A stretch of DNA of 64,000 bases, taken from an uncultured virus (IMG/VR IMGVR_UViG_2061766007_000665) (Duplodnaviria; Heunggongvirae; Uroviricota; Caudoviricetes). This document shows, in pieces, positions 33,502 to 45,632 of this stretch. The notes below the pieces were generated by a model. The model was given only the letters and a program-made list of their open reading frames with translations. It was not told the DNA's origin and did no database searches. A program made the translations under genes and the position numbers. The first letter of the stretch is position 1; each line of letters begins with the position of its first letter. The stretch is taken from the IMG/VR virus record IMGVR_UViG_2061766007_000665; one strand, 5' to 3'.

Positions 33502-34281
33502 ACAAATTCCAGCAAAGTTTACAGAGCCCAGAGATGTTAAGAAAGAACTTAATGTTTTTAAAGGATATAGTTATGGTTGGAAGAGGCTTCGCGNNNNNNN
33601 NNNNNNNNNNNNNNNNNNNNNNNNNNNNNNNNNNNNNNNNNNNNNNNCACAAAAGGATATGCTGATATTGATTTATGGAATTTTGATAGGCATTTGTCTA
33701 ATCTTATGTGCGCTGCTCTTGATGAGCTTGCAGATTCTTCTTATGGCTANNNNNNNNNNNNNNNNNNNNNNNNNNNNNNNNNNNNNNNNNNNNNNATTGC
33801 CAAACCGAAAACGGTTCAGATTATGAAAAAAGGGAAAACAAAGCCTATAATGATATGTGTAGCTATATTACTCGTACATATACCGTAGACGATTTTAATG
33901 GGCTTGGCGTTCTAAAGCAAGACGTTTCTGATCAAAAGAAATATGATGCAGCTGCCGAAGAATGGAAAAAATCAATGCAGGCTCATAGCAATTTTATGAA
34001 AAACGAAAAAGACAAGGCTCTTGATATGTTAAAGGAGGTGTATTATGACCTCTGGGACTAAAAAAGAGTCAAAAATTATCGAGGGGTCTTTTAAAAACGA
34101 TAAGTTCGTTTGTCCGTTTAGAACACAAACCATTGTTACCCAACTAACACAAACCATTGCTGAACAAACGGTCAAATTTCCGGAGTGTCAATATGGGCAA
34201 TGCCCTTTTTATTACCCGGCGGGTAGAACTCCTGCTGAAAAATGTATGAGAATAGGACTTGAGTCATATTAAGGAGGATCC

Positions 34282-34732
34282 ATGCAAAACACAATTATTT
34301 GCGGCTTTAGTGGAATTGGAAAGACCATGGCTGCTCAGGCTTTTAAAGAACGTGTAATCGATATGGAAAGCAGCAAATATTCTAAACTATCCGATGGGAG
34401 NNNNNNNNNNNNNNNNNNNNNNNNNNAAGGAATACGAAGAAGGCGAAGACAAAATTATTCTTATTTCTTGTCATTCAAATGTTAGAGCAATTTTAACTGT
34501 TGAGCACATCCCTTTTGTGATTATTTATCCTAAAAATGACCGGGAAACCAAGAACGAATATATGATAAGATGGCTTGCAAGGGGGAGCTCGATCGACTTT
34601 ATACGCGATATGGATCAACATTGGTCTAGTTATATTATGTCGTGTGAAACAGATAACGCTCCATCAATCTATCTTACAAAAGACCAATTTTTGGTTGATA
34701 TTCTACGTAGAACGTATCTACATCGGAGGTAA
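34282..34732 (+). CDS. Small P-loop kinase-like phage protein (joined across gap)
   Basis: GFSGIGKT, D.ESS, ISCH..VR. Confidence 0.7.
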
Positions 34733-35832
34733 TGATGGATAAACCATATAATATTTATTTAGACAACGCAAGCACGTCATATGTCTATAATGCTGCGATC
34801 CAAGTTGCTGAGCAAGACCTGTTCGATGCTTGGGCAAATCCTTCTAATATATATGATATAAGCAAACTCAGCAAAGAAATTATTGAGAATGCCAAAAGAC
34901 ATTTGGCAGAGATTATTAATTGCGATCCGGAAGAAATATTTTTTACGAGCGGGGCGAGCGAAGGAAACGCATGGGCAATTAAACAAAGAGAAATTTGTAT
35001 GTGCTCTCCTTTTGAACACCACAGCTATTTAGCAAATCCGGCAACGAAAGTTGTAACAGACAAAGAGTTTTACGATTTCTTTAAAACCCCATATCGGTTT
35101 GTAGGAAATAAGAGCTATGCCCATATTTTGGTGTCAAACGAAACCGGCGAAGTCTTTAACGTAATTCCGCTTTTCAAAAAAGCTCGTGATAATGGTATGT
35201 TTACCATTTGTGACTGCACTCAGGCGCTTGGAAACATTGGAATTGATGTAAGATTGCTTGGTTGCGATATGGCTGTNNNNNNNNNNNNNNNNNNNNNNNN
35301 NGCTCCTAAAGGGATTGGCTTCTGTTATATAAGAAAAGATGCACAAAATGGCATAGTTCCTCTTGTTTATGGTAGCCAGCAAAATGGGCTTAGAGGGGGT
35401 ACCGAGAATATTGCGTTTATTCATTCTATGTCCGTAGCTGCCGGTCTTGCTGATAGTATGGTTGTTGTAGCGATCGAGCGTGGAGCAAAGTTTAAAGATA
35501 TAATTAGAGCAGAACTTAATAATGCTGGCGTTGAGTATACCGAAACAGTCCTTCATCAGCATCAAAGCAACAACATATTTAGTTTTTGCTTAAAAGATGT
35601 TGAAAGCGAAGTAATTCAGCAGCTTCTACAAGACGAGGGTATTTATGTTGGTACCGCAAGTGCTTGTAATACAGGAGAAATGGGCAATAATAAGACTCTT
35701 GAAGCACTTGGTATTGCTCCTGAGTATATTAGGGGCCATATTAGAATGAGTTTTAGCATAAAAAATAGTGAAGAGCAAGTTCGGATAGCAATTAAAGAGG
35801 TTATTAAGTTTTATAAGGAGCTTACGGCATGA
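34732..35832 (+). CDS. iscS: Cysteine desulfurase (IscS/NifS-like, class V PLP)
   Basis: IYLDNAST, ANPSN, FTSGASEGN, NETG, DCTQALG, PKGIG, RGGTEN, GTASAC, IRMSF. Confidence 0.9.
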   Translation: MMDKPYNIYLDNASTSYVYNAAIQVAEQDLFDAWANPSNIYDISKLSKEIIENAKRHLAEIINCDPEEIFFTSGASEGNAWAIKQREICMCSPFEHHSYLANPATKVVTDKEFYDFFKTPYRFVGNKSYAHILVSNETGEVFNVIPLFKKARDNGMFTICDCTQALGNIGIDVRLLGCDMAXXXXXXXXXAPKGIGFCYIRKDAQNGIVPLVYGSQQNGLRGGTENIAFIHSMSVAAGLADSMVVVAIERGAKFKDIIRAELNNAGVEYTETVLHQHQSNNIFSFCLKDVESEVIQQLLQDEGIYVGTASACNTGEMGNNKTLEALGIAPEYIRGHIRMSFSIKNSEEQVRIAIKEVIKFYKELTA

Positions 35833-38434
35833 ATGATGAAGAGCGTTTGGACCAATTAGATGTTGGCGTAACACATGCACTTAACATGATCGACGATCTT
35901 CATGAAGACATTCATAACATGGAACACAAGTATCAAGGCTGTTCTTATGATATTTATGAATTAAAACAGTATAATATTGATGAAGATTTGCGTTTTCGCG
36001 CTATTGAAAATGAATTAAAGTATACAAAAGACAAAAACGCGATGTACCAAAAGGTTATTGATGCCTTGGTTACCCAGCTTAATTTAAAAGTGTACTATCT
36101 TGGCTTTAAAATGCCGCAAAACGCATCATTAATTGGACAAGAGGGAGTAGAATACGTAGCCGTATGTGCGTCTGATAAAGATGCTGCTGAGCTAAAATGC
36201 AGAAATCTTTATGATAGATACTTAAACGCCAAGCTTGTTGAAGTAAAGGAGTACGAATGTGTCGCCTAATATAAATGTTTATAATGTAGATGGAGAAATT
36301 GTCGGAAATATGACTACAAATTATGTAGATCCATATACCAGCGCACAAGCGGATNNNNNNNNNNNNNNNNNNNNNNNNNNNNNNNNAATATTGTGAGTGC
36401 AAGCCCATATTGGAGCAATTGGCACACGACCACTACAAGCGCTCCATACGTCAATATTTTACCCACGTCTACTTCATCTTGGACCACTTCATATACTCCA
36501 ACCGTGTATGATATACAAGAAATAATAGAATTAAAGGAACAAGTACAAGACTTAATTGCTCAAATCAAGCATCTTAAAACACTTATTCCTACTGATAAAA
36601 AGACATATCGTGTAAGCGTATATCACAGCGACGACGGGAAGATTGCAAAGCCATATAGAATTGTATATGTTCAGGCAAAAAGCGAATCTAGTGCCGTTCT
36701 TGTTGCACAGAATACTATAGAAGGTATAAACCCGGCTGATAGATTTATTGCGGAGGAATGGTAATGGATGAAATTATATGCAACTGTGATCCAAAATGCC
36801 CATATTTTCCTGATATGAGTTGCGATAGTTGGGAAATGGGCGAGGATGGAATAAAACGCAGGAAACGTCCGAAGGTGTATAAATGCTTATATGATCTAAA
36901 GCCAATTGATTGGCAACGCGAGTGTCCTAGAATTTTGGCTAAAGATAATGTAGATAATGAAGACGGAGAGATAGAAGAATATGAGTATACTAAAATCGAA
37001 TAGTTATAAGATTAGCGGTCAAATTGATTCACTTTCTTCTAATCTTAATGATATTCAAGCTACAGTAAATAATATCAAAAGTGTTCAAGATGGATATAAT
37101 ATGCAGCTTGAGGCTCAGAGGAAACTTTTGTTTCAAGAAAGAGATGAGCNNNNNNNNNNNNNNNNNNNNNNNNNNNNNNNNNNNNNNNNNNNNNNNNNNN
37201 NNNNNNNNNNNNNNNNNNNNNNNNNNNNNNNNNNNNNNNNNNNNNNNNNNNNNNNNNNNNNNNNNNNNNNNNNNNNNNNNNNNNNNNNNNNNNNNNNNNN
37301 NNNNNNNNNNNNNNNNNNNNNNNNNNNNNNNNNNNNNNNNNNNNNNNNNNNNNNNNNNNNNNNNNNNNNNNNNNNNNNNNNNNNNNNNNNNNNNNNNNNN
37401 NNNNNNNNNNNNNNNNNNNNNNNNNNNNGCGCTCTTCCGTGGTATAAAAGGCTGGGTAAGAAGGGTTTTAATAAAGCTTTGGAGGAAGCTTTAAAAGAAG
37501 CCGATCACAATTATAAAGAAATTATTGATTATGCAAACAAAGTATATCAAACAAAAGATGTGGAGGTAGGCAATGCATCACGTAATGCCACACGAGCTGC
37601 TCAACAAAACACAACAGGAAATGGAAACAAAGGCTCCGGAAATAATGGAGGAACAAATGGAAAGCTCAACTAAAACTTATAATAGTCTTGAAGAACGGGA
37701 CGAAGCCATGTATCAAGAATACCTTGAAAGAATGAAGGAGCTTGAGGATTCTGAGCCACCTATGCCTGAAGTGACCGAAGTTATGACCGAAATTGCAGAA
37801 CAAACGGAACAACCTAAAGATGATGGAGTGGAAGAAGGCGTGACAGAAGATATGGTAAAAGCGGAGGATATTATTGAGCCGCCTCTTGAAAAGCCCTCTG
37901 AAGTTGCTAAAATTCTTGAGTATTATGGTCTTGATTCTAACAAATGTTTAAATAGTTTTTGCGATCCGGCATTTATTGGAATTACAAACGATCATAGAGC
38001 CGCATATATATATGAAGGTTTGATTAGTGCAATGCAGAGTAAATTTAATATGTCTCAAGAAGAAGCCATTAATACACTAAACAAAGATCTTGCTGTTTTT
38101 GGGCCTAATGATCCTGTCATTGTTTATCTTGTTGAAAATCCGGAGGATGAAGAAAATGGGAATTAAAACTACTTTTGAAAAGAATGGTTTTGAAAGATAT
38201 GAAGAAGATGTCCTAAATAGATTTGTTATTTGCGATGCAGAGGTTGATGAAGACGGCAATTTTATTGCTAAACATGGCGGTCAGACTTTGTTTGTTCCAA
38301 GAGATGTTGTGCATAAATGCTACATCAATTATCTAAATGGTAACACAGATTATCCCGGAGCAGTCCTTCGCATGGTATCTTATGCTACTCGTGAGGTAAA
38401 AAAAGCTTTCAAGCTCGATGTATAAACAGAGAGA

Positions 38435-38655
38435 TACGGTCATATTTGTCCCTAGTAAAAATTCAAAAAAGACGGACTTACGGTCATATATGTCCGTATC
38501 TCGTTATCAATTCTTACGGACAAATATGACCCTATTACGGTCATATTTGTCCCTATTATGGTCATATATGTCCGTATCTATTACGGTCATATTTGTCCGT
38601 AATACGGTCATATATGTCCATAGTTTTGTCAAACTTACGGTCATATATGACATCC
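38435..38655. repeat. Iteron-like array, 8 copies of ~20-bp TACGGTCATAT(A/T)TGTCC(G/C)TA
   Basis: Copies at 38435, 38479, 38515 (inverted), 38536, 38557, 38582, 38603, 38636; AT-rich tract follows. Confidence 0.9.
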
Positions 38656-38889
38656 TAACTATATATAGATGAATATAACAATATGTATTCTAACAATATA
38701 AAAGTAATAACATTAAAATAATAATATGAATCCGTACGGTGCTTCGCACCTGGATTGGAGAATAGGTATCATTATCAAAGATCGGCTANNNNNNNNNNNN
38801 NNNNNNNNNNNNNNNNNNNNNNNNNNNNNGCGCCTTGGTCAACTGACTAGACTTTCAAAACGCTTTAAAATTTTTTCAACAATTTTATG

Positions 38890-38925
38890 AAAACGCTTGA
38901 CTATAGATAATTTTTATGGTATACT
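38890..38925 (+). promoter_or_regulatory. Sigma-A-type promoter of HTH gene (variant TTGACTATAG)
   Basis: TTGACT 38897, TGG-TATACT 38920. Confidence 0.8.
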
Positions 38926-38931
38926 TATAGT

Positions 38932-39441
38932 ATGAAAACAGAGAAGGAGACAATTAAACAGACTCAAGTAGACNNNNNNNNNNNNNNNNTAGAAGATGAA
39001 AAACTTGTACTAAATGGCTTTACTAAATCTGATAATAAGATTAGGTATGACTGTCTAAATGAATGTAGCGTTGGAGCATATATAATTTACCTAACAATCT
39101 TATCTCATAGGAACTCTAAAGATCAGCATTCATTCCCAAGCACTAGAACAATAGCCGCTGAAGCTCATATGAGTAAAAGACAGGTTGGTAGATATATCAC
39201 AGAACTCTTTGAGAAAGGTTACTTGATTATAGACTCTGGTACACATGGGATAAGTAATAAGTATTATTTCCCAAAGGAAGATTTCTATGAAAAGTTTAGT
39301 GAAAACCAGGTCTTTGCAAGGAAACGTAGTACAGGTTTTGGAAATTATAACATAAACGCAAATAAACCTAAAAAAGAAGAAAAGGCTGAGTTAGTTAATG
39401 AAATTGAAAAAGATGAGGGGGATGATGACTTTGACTTCTAA
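38932..39441 (+). CDS. Winged-HTH protein, replication-initiator-like (HTH_36)
   Basis: IYL.ILSHRN...SFPSTRTIA.....SKRQV.RYI.EL...GYL...SN.Y. Confidence 0.75.
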   Translation: MKTEKETIKQTQVDXXXXXXEDEKLVLNGFTKSDNKIRYDCLNECSVGAYIIYLTILSHRNSKDQHSFPSTRTIAAEAHMSKRQVGRYITELFEKGYLIIDSGTHGISNKYYFPKEDFYEKFSENQVFARKRSTGFGNYNINANKPKKEEKAELVNEIEKDEGDDDFDF

Positions 39442-40954
39442 GAAAATGGCAGTATGTAATAATTCTAAGAAAATTTCGATCGGCACTAGAAAACTCAAGG
39501 GTGGGAAAAATAGATTTAATTACCGCCCTAGAGTGGAATTGAAATTGTAGATAATACGAAATGCTGAGAGCCATTGAAATTCCAATAGTCACTTTATTAG
39601 AGTAAAGCATTAAAGTATTAAAGTAATGAATCGTAAGCGGCTAGAAACGTTGAAATTTCAAGGGTCGCTTTAACTGGGTAAAGTGTGAAAGTGGGATCTG
39701 GCTAAAATAGGCTTCGGATAGAGTACGCGGAGTCTTCGACCTCAAGAATATGCTGATCTGGCGCCCTCCTCCCCCTCTCTCCACTTTTCTCCACCCTCCT
39801 CCCAAATTTCACTAATTTTTGTCAATTTTAACCCAAAAAAAAGGAAAAAACACTATGTCAACAATAAAAACAGCCCCGGACGATCAAATTCCGGACAATA
39901 CCTACAACCCCAACCCCAAGCACCATACCTACTCCGTGTCGGTGACCTCACTTTCCAATTATTCTTCTTTCACCCTTCTAATGAAAGCGGATAATGAGGA
40001 AGAACTTATAAATAATTTAAATAACAAATATTCCCCGGATGCATATTGCTATTCTTATGAGGAAATTGAGCAATGAGTTCTAATGATCCCCCTTTCCGGG
40101 TAAAATGTTTTATATCGTATTATGAGCAAGGGAAATATCCAATAATCGCTCAAAACTATCTTACAATAATTCCCCCTTCAGGATCATCGCCTAAAAACCT
40201 TAAAAAGTCTCAAAAGGTTGTTGATATTGATAATCATTTCAGCTATGTAATTTTAACTGAATTTACTCAACATAATGGCTTCAAGATCCCTGTATATCTT
40301 ATGATCCAGGGGCGCACTAAAGTCGAGGCCATAAATAATTTTGTCAATTTCTATAATATCATTCCCGATGGTAAAATTTATTTATATAAACTAGATCCAG
40401 GTAGAGGATATTTAGTGGGTGGATCGCTATCTCCCAAACCTATCAAGGTCATCACTTTTTCCTACTATCAGCGTGAATGTAAAAAACACTATGTTTAAAT
40501 TAAAATAAATGATAAGCACGAATGGCCATATCATATCAAATATTCCGGAACAAGTTTGGGGCGTTTTAGTTACAAGTAAGCGTTTTATCGACGATTCTCA
40601 TGATCTTGAATTTTGTGACGTAAACATATCTTACAAGTGTGTAAACTTTCTGGATCCGGATTTGCCGAAACATGAACAATACACATATATAGTAGGATTT
40701 AATGGATTGGCTGATGGATCAATGCATACATATTATTTCTTAATATTTGCTAGAAACCCAGGTCTAGCTGAGCAAAAGGTGCGCAAGATATTTAATTGTA
40801 ATCAGTTTTATGATATAACCACAGGCAAAGATAAAATAACCTTTGGTTATGATATTCAGGTGATCACAAATGGAGTTGATGCCTTTAATAGATACGCCAA
40901 CAAATGGCCTGTAAATTCTGAAAAAATCTCAAAAAAATCAAAAGAATTTTATGA

Positions 40955-40989
40955 AAACACTTGACTTTAGCTAAAAAATATGTTATTAT
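40955..40989 (+). promoter_or_regulatory. TTGACTTTAGC-class promoter upstream of an ORF-free hairpin transcript
   Basis: TTGACT 40961, TGT-TATTAT 40984. Confidence 0.8.
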
Positions 40990-40995
40990 ATATAC

Positions 40996-41250
40996 GTAAG
41001 ATACAGGTGGATTACATCACCTACTAATCAGCCTCCCCGATTAGATCTTACAATCACCTCTCTTTTGTGGCCCCATCATTGGGTGACTTTTAGAGGAGTA
41101 AGCTCTCCAAGTTTTCAATAGTAAAACTATCCCGCAAGGGATTTATGAATTATGGTTGTTATGGGTTTGCAACTTACCCATTACAATATCGATTTGTTCT
41201 GTTATCTGTTTGTCAGCAAAAGCGACCCTTAAAAATAGGGTCGTTTTTGT
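40996..41250 (+). ncRNA. Candidate multi-hairpin small RNA
   Basis: Between promoter and terminator, no long ORF, gtaagat/atcttac closing stem, serial hairpins. Confidence 0.55.
41218..41250. terminator. Intrinsic terminator, possibly bidirectional
   Basis: aaaagcgaccct-taaaaat-agggtcgttttt. Confidence 0.85.
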
Positions 41251-43000
41251 ATGGTCATACCCTCCCATAAGTTACTTCCTATTTCATGTGCTAAATTTAA
41301 AAAATCCGCCCCTATTTTGAATTTTTATAGCGCTGTCGATAAATGTATCAACCGGCCGTAAAATAATAAAAAATACCCCGAAAAAATGTAAAAAAATAGG
41401 GGGCGTACGATGAAGAAAAATCGGTGGCTGAAATTAGAGAAAAAATATGGCTGGGCGGAAATTAGAGGGCCCGCGTAAATNNNNNNNNNNNNNNNNNNNN
41501 NNNNNNNNNNNNNNNNNNNNNNNNNNNNNNNNNNCCGCAGAAATTAAAAAAAAGGGGGGCGTGAAAATAAAACGTGGAGTTTAAATAAAAAAGCAGGCAA
41601 TATACTACCCGCTCACTTTAGCCCTGCGACAAATAGTAGCCCCCGCTTGGTTTTAACTGTTAAAAACAGTGCTCATGTTATTTAGTTGTGAGTTGAAATC
41701 AGATAGTATCTACATCTATATCCTCCTCTGTTTTGAATTCAAAATGATTAAATTTATTCATTGCTGCTCTAAGAAGATTTTGAAGATTTTTATCGTTAGC
41801 AATAGTTTTATATGCCATTTCATAATCCGCAAGGATCATTTTACCCAATTGCTTTATGTTTTCTACCGTAATTTCAAAGTCTTCTTCTGTTATTTCAGCT
41901 GATATTGTTCTATTATAGAAATTGTTTCTATATTTAAGTATATCAATCCATTCGCTTCCATAGTAATGATTATCCCAACCAAATATATATCGTTGGTTTT
42001 TTACGTTAAACATAATCGTTCCATCGATTTTGTGCCTGTCGGATTTATTGTAAAAATTTACCGCGGTTTCAATATACAGATTATTTATAGGTTCCATATA
42101 ACTTACCTCTGTATTTTTCATATTCTTTAATCTGGCATACTTCATAGCACAGGAAAGCGTTTCTTTTATCTTTTCTATTTACGACTCCAATTTTAAGATC
42201 TGCCAAATTACCCCCTCTTTTAACATAAAGATCTTTAAAAAGCTCAAGCTCTCTTTCGCTATAAAGATAGTTAATCGCAAGTTCATATCTTTTATGCTTA
42301 GCAAACAAAGTATTATTTACGCTATCGCTAATATATGCATCAGCTACTTCTTGAGCTATATTATTATAGAAAGCTACTCCAGCTCTTCCGCCATGCTTTT
42401 TTTCTGCTAGCTTTTCATCCGGCTGTTTACCATGATTTTCTTCAGAGAATTTTTCAAATTCTTTGCGCATTTCTGCAAGGTCTTCTTTAGAAAACATAGA
42501 TTTATAAGCCATACTATTCTCCTTTCTTAAATGTACTTACATACAGAACTAACAAAAACACAGCTATTAATTCAATTCCAATAATCCATCCTCTTGTTGT
42601 AAGCATTATCTCCAATCCTCATATACTTCGTGTTTGCGCTGTTCTTCCATAAATTCTTCGTCTTCTTTAGTCCATTTACGTTCTGACGGCTTAGAGTTTT
42701 CTCCTACAGAAACAATTAAAAGGAAAAGTCCTGCAAGAAGTATTCCTAATAGCGGATACCACACTCCTATACCGATTCCAAGCCCAATTATTTCTATATA
42801 GAGCAAAATTCTTTGGGTTTTATAGCTCATTTCTTTTTTCTTCATAATTAACCTCCTAGTACAATAGATATAGCTACATATTCTTCAAATATATTTTCTT
42901 CTTCTTGCAATTTACACCAGTCGTTCCATTGTTCTTCATTCATTTCTTCTGGACAAATGTAACAATCAAAATCATCAAACATTGTATATTTTCCTCCTTA

Positions 43001-43029
43001 ATTATAACACTCTACAATTTCAATGTCAA
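43001..43029 (-). promoter_or_regulatory. Consensus sigma-A promoter
   Basis: TTGACA-17 bp-TGT-TATAAT on minus strand. Confidence 0.75.
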
Positions 43030-44039
43030 CATCATAAACGAATTCTGTTTCATCGATGAGTTTTTGTAGATCTCCATCATCTACATTTTGAACCCTAAGT
43101 ATCGCTGTCATGATTAAGTTCCTCCATATTCTTTTACAAGTTTTTTAAATTCTTTAATCTTTGCTTCAAGCGCTTTAACTTCTTTTGTTTTCTTTTCAGA
43201 CGCTTCTCTCATTACTTCATACCACTCACTTCCTCTTCCGTTATTAACGTCAGAAATCATTTGCTGGTAGTCAAAATAATTTAGATCTAGCTTTTTTGCG
43301 ATGTTATAAATTAGTTCGTTTTCATAATAGCCCATGATTATTCCTCCGCTCTCAAAATTAGTTTAGAATTTTCACAGATACCGCCATCAATATGTAGAAT
43401 AAAGTCCGCATCTAGCACAATAGGAGTCTCCCACGGATCTTCATCTCCCCACTGTACTCCTACATCTGCATTACCATACCCATTAGTTTTAATCTTATCC
43501 AGAACATCAGACAGCTCGTTAACAGTCATAACAATCCTCCTCTAATTCCGATACCGGCATAGAAAAAATAGGAAATACATCAAGATTTGCTTCTTCAGGC
43601 TTGTTAATATTATATGCCGCCAATACTTTTTTCTTTCCTGAATCAGAAAGATCGTACCAATAAAAATCAATTTCTCCCATAATCAACCTCCTAAGTTAAA
43701 TCAACATAACCATAACGGTCAATAATAATTTCTATTCCTTCACCAGCTGAATATATTTCTGCGTCTATTAAAGATCCTGGATAAGATGACTCAATAATCT
43801 GAGCGATTTCTTTTATCTTATCTGGATTAATTGTAATTATACCAATAGTTTCCATAGTTATTTTACTCCTTCTCTTTTTGTAAAACGAGAAATCGCATCA
43901 GTAGTATCATAATATTCGTCATCTAGGGCCAGAGCTTTTTTATTAAGACTGTTTTCAGGATAAGCTTCTCTCGCATTAATTACATCAATTATATGGTCTT
44001 TTAGCTCATCCAGCGTCATTTTATTTAAATCTTTCATAG

Positions 44040-44315
44040 CTAATTTCCTCTCCTTTGGCACATCTGGACAAATTGATATTCGTTAATTACTGGAATTCCA
44101 AGCTCTTTAGCCCTTTTATTTTTAATTGTACCACTTTCCGTATCGTTTGTCAATAGGAAATCTGTTTTTTTTGTCACGGATTTTGCAAGAGTACCTCCCA
44201 TACTTTTAATCCATGCTTCATATTTATCTCTGGTCTCAGAAAAAGCTCCAGTGATAACAAATACTTTACCGGTTGCAAAAGTAATATCGTCTAGACTAAA
44301 TTCTTTTTCCTCCAT
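44040..44315 (-). CDS. Stand-alone BRCT-domain protein
   Basis: GKVFVITGAF..R......I.SMGG....SV.KKTD.LL.ND..SG..K...AKELGIP. Confidence 0.9.
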   Translation of the reverse strand: MEEKEFSLDDITFATGKVFVITGAFSETRDKYEAWIKSMGGTLAKSVTKKTDFLLTNDTESGTIKNKRAKELGIPVINEYQFVQMCQRRGN

Positions 44316-44897
44316 TATTATTCCTCCCTCCAGATGATCCAGTAAATTCTGGCTTTTTCATCATATTTAACATTATAACCGCTAGCTATATATTTGTCAA
44401 GTACTGGTTTAATAATTTCTTCTTTACGGCCGTGATCGTAAGCACCGTAATTATTTTTACTAATATAGCATTTTCCTTTACCGTTATAAACGGCTTGCTT
44501 AATTTGCTCGTCAATATTTGCTTCATATTCCTTTTTAGTATCTTCTATAGATTGGTTCGTGTTGCTATTAACAATAGCCCAAGACAATTCAATCATGTTT
44601 TACCTCCTTACATACAATTTTCAATTTTATTGATCAGCCTATTAGCTTCTTTCAAGGCCTCTTCATCAGTCCATAAACGAGCTCCGTAGTCTTCTCTATA
44701 AACTCCATGCCCATCATCTTTTACTACGAAAGAGGCGACTACTTCTGGTTTAGAACCATAATTAGCAGTAAGGCACCAGGACTTACCATAGCCCCAAATG
44801 CCACGATTATGCTTTCGGTAAGTATAAATATGATCTCCGTTTTTATACACATAATATGCATCATGAATTTTGTTAAGTTCACACATAATTAATCTCC

Positions 44898-45632
44898 TTA
44901 GTGATCCCAGCACCCGCAAACTTTAGCTTTATCAGAGAAACAGATTTTGCATTTATCACAAGTGAAGTTATGATCAAGCTTACCATTTTTGTTATAAGCA
45001 GGGCACATAGCGTTGATTTTAAATTCTTTCGGATAAGTATAGTCCTTAGGCATATAAACAAATGCTCGCACATTCTTATAATTCTTAAGAACATCCATAT
45101 AATCGTGATAACAAGAAAATTTCCAGATGGAAACATTCATATAGAAATTATCCGGGATATCGTCTTTATGAACTCTATACGCAATCTTAAGCAGATCGGT
45201 AGCTTTAGAATATGCGTAGAATGGAATCTCAGGCCACTTGCGAGCAAGGTCCATCCAAGCTTCAATTTCAGGAACTCCCTGGAATTCACCAGAAGCGTGA
45301 ATACGAATAGCAGTGGGTTTAATCTTTGCACGCTTAATCTGGAGATTAAGATCTTCAAAAACCTGCTTCAGATCTTTACGCATAGCCAGCGTGTTTTTTA
45401 CATGGCTCTTTACTGAAGTTGCGTGATCCCAGCCATGACGAACATATTCTTTAAATACATAGCAAGGAGATTTTTTCGGATTATCACGGTTGTAGCAGCC
45501 CACGCAGTATCTACCGCAAGTTCCTTTGCAGCCAGCAATTTCACCGTCGCCAGCGAGCTTATTAAAGCTCCACATGGTTTTACCAAGTTTGGTATTACCA
45601 TTTTTAACAAAAGTCGCACTATAATCAGCCAT
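44898..45632 (-). CDS. GP88-like (radical-SAM-related) phage protein
   Basis: GNTKLG, TC...C..CY, RIHASGEF, YAYSK, CP...C..C..C. Confidence 0.75.
   Translation of the reverse strand: MADYSATFVKNGNTKLGKTMWSFNKLAGDGEIAGCKGTCGRYCVGCYNRDNPKKSPCYVFKEYVRHGWDHATSVKSHVKNTLAMRKDLKQVFEDLNLQIKRAKIKPTAIRIHASGEFQGVPEIEAWMDLARKWPEIPFYAYSKATDLLKIAYRVHKDDIPDNFYMNVSIWKFSCYHDYMDVLKNYKNVRAFVYMPKDYTYPKEFKINAMCPAYNKNGKLDHNFTCDKCKICFSDKAKVCGCWDH

Noticed and set aside
1848..37673. Apparent frameshifts/pseudogenes (recD, nrdD, PNK, phosphoesterase, NADAR etc.) and ORF fusions (ThyX-membrane, FTR-like)
   Set aside because: These breaks and fusions coincide with N gaps of estimated length
38435..38655. CRISPR array
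   Set aside because: Repeats are ~20 bp, mostly abutting, one is inverted, there are no uniform spacers and no cas genes; fits iterons
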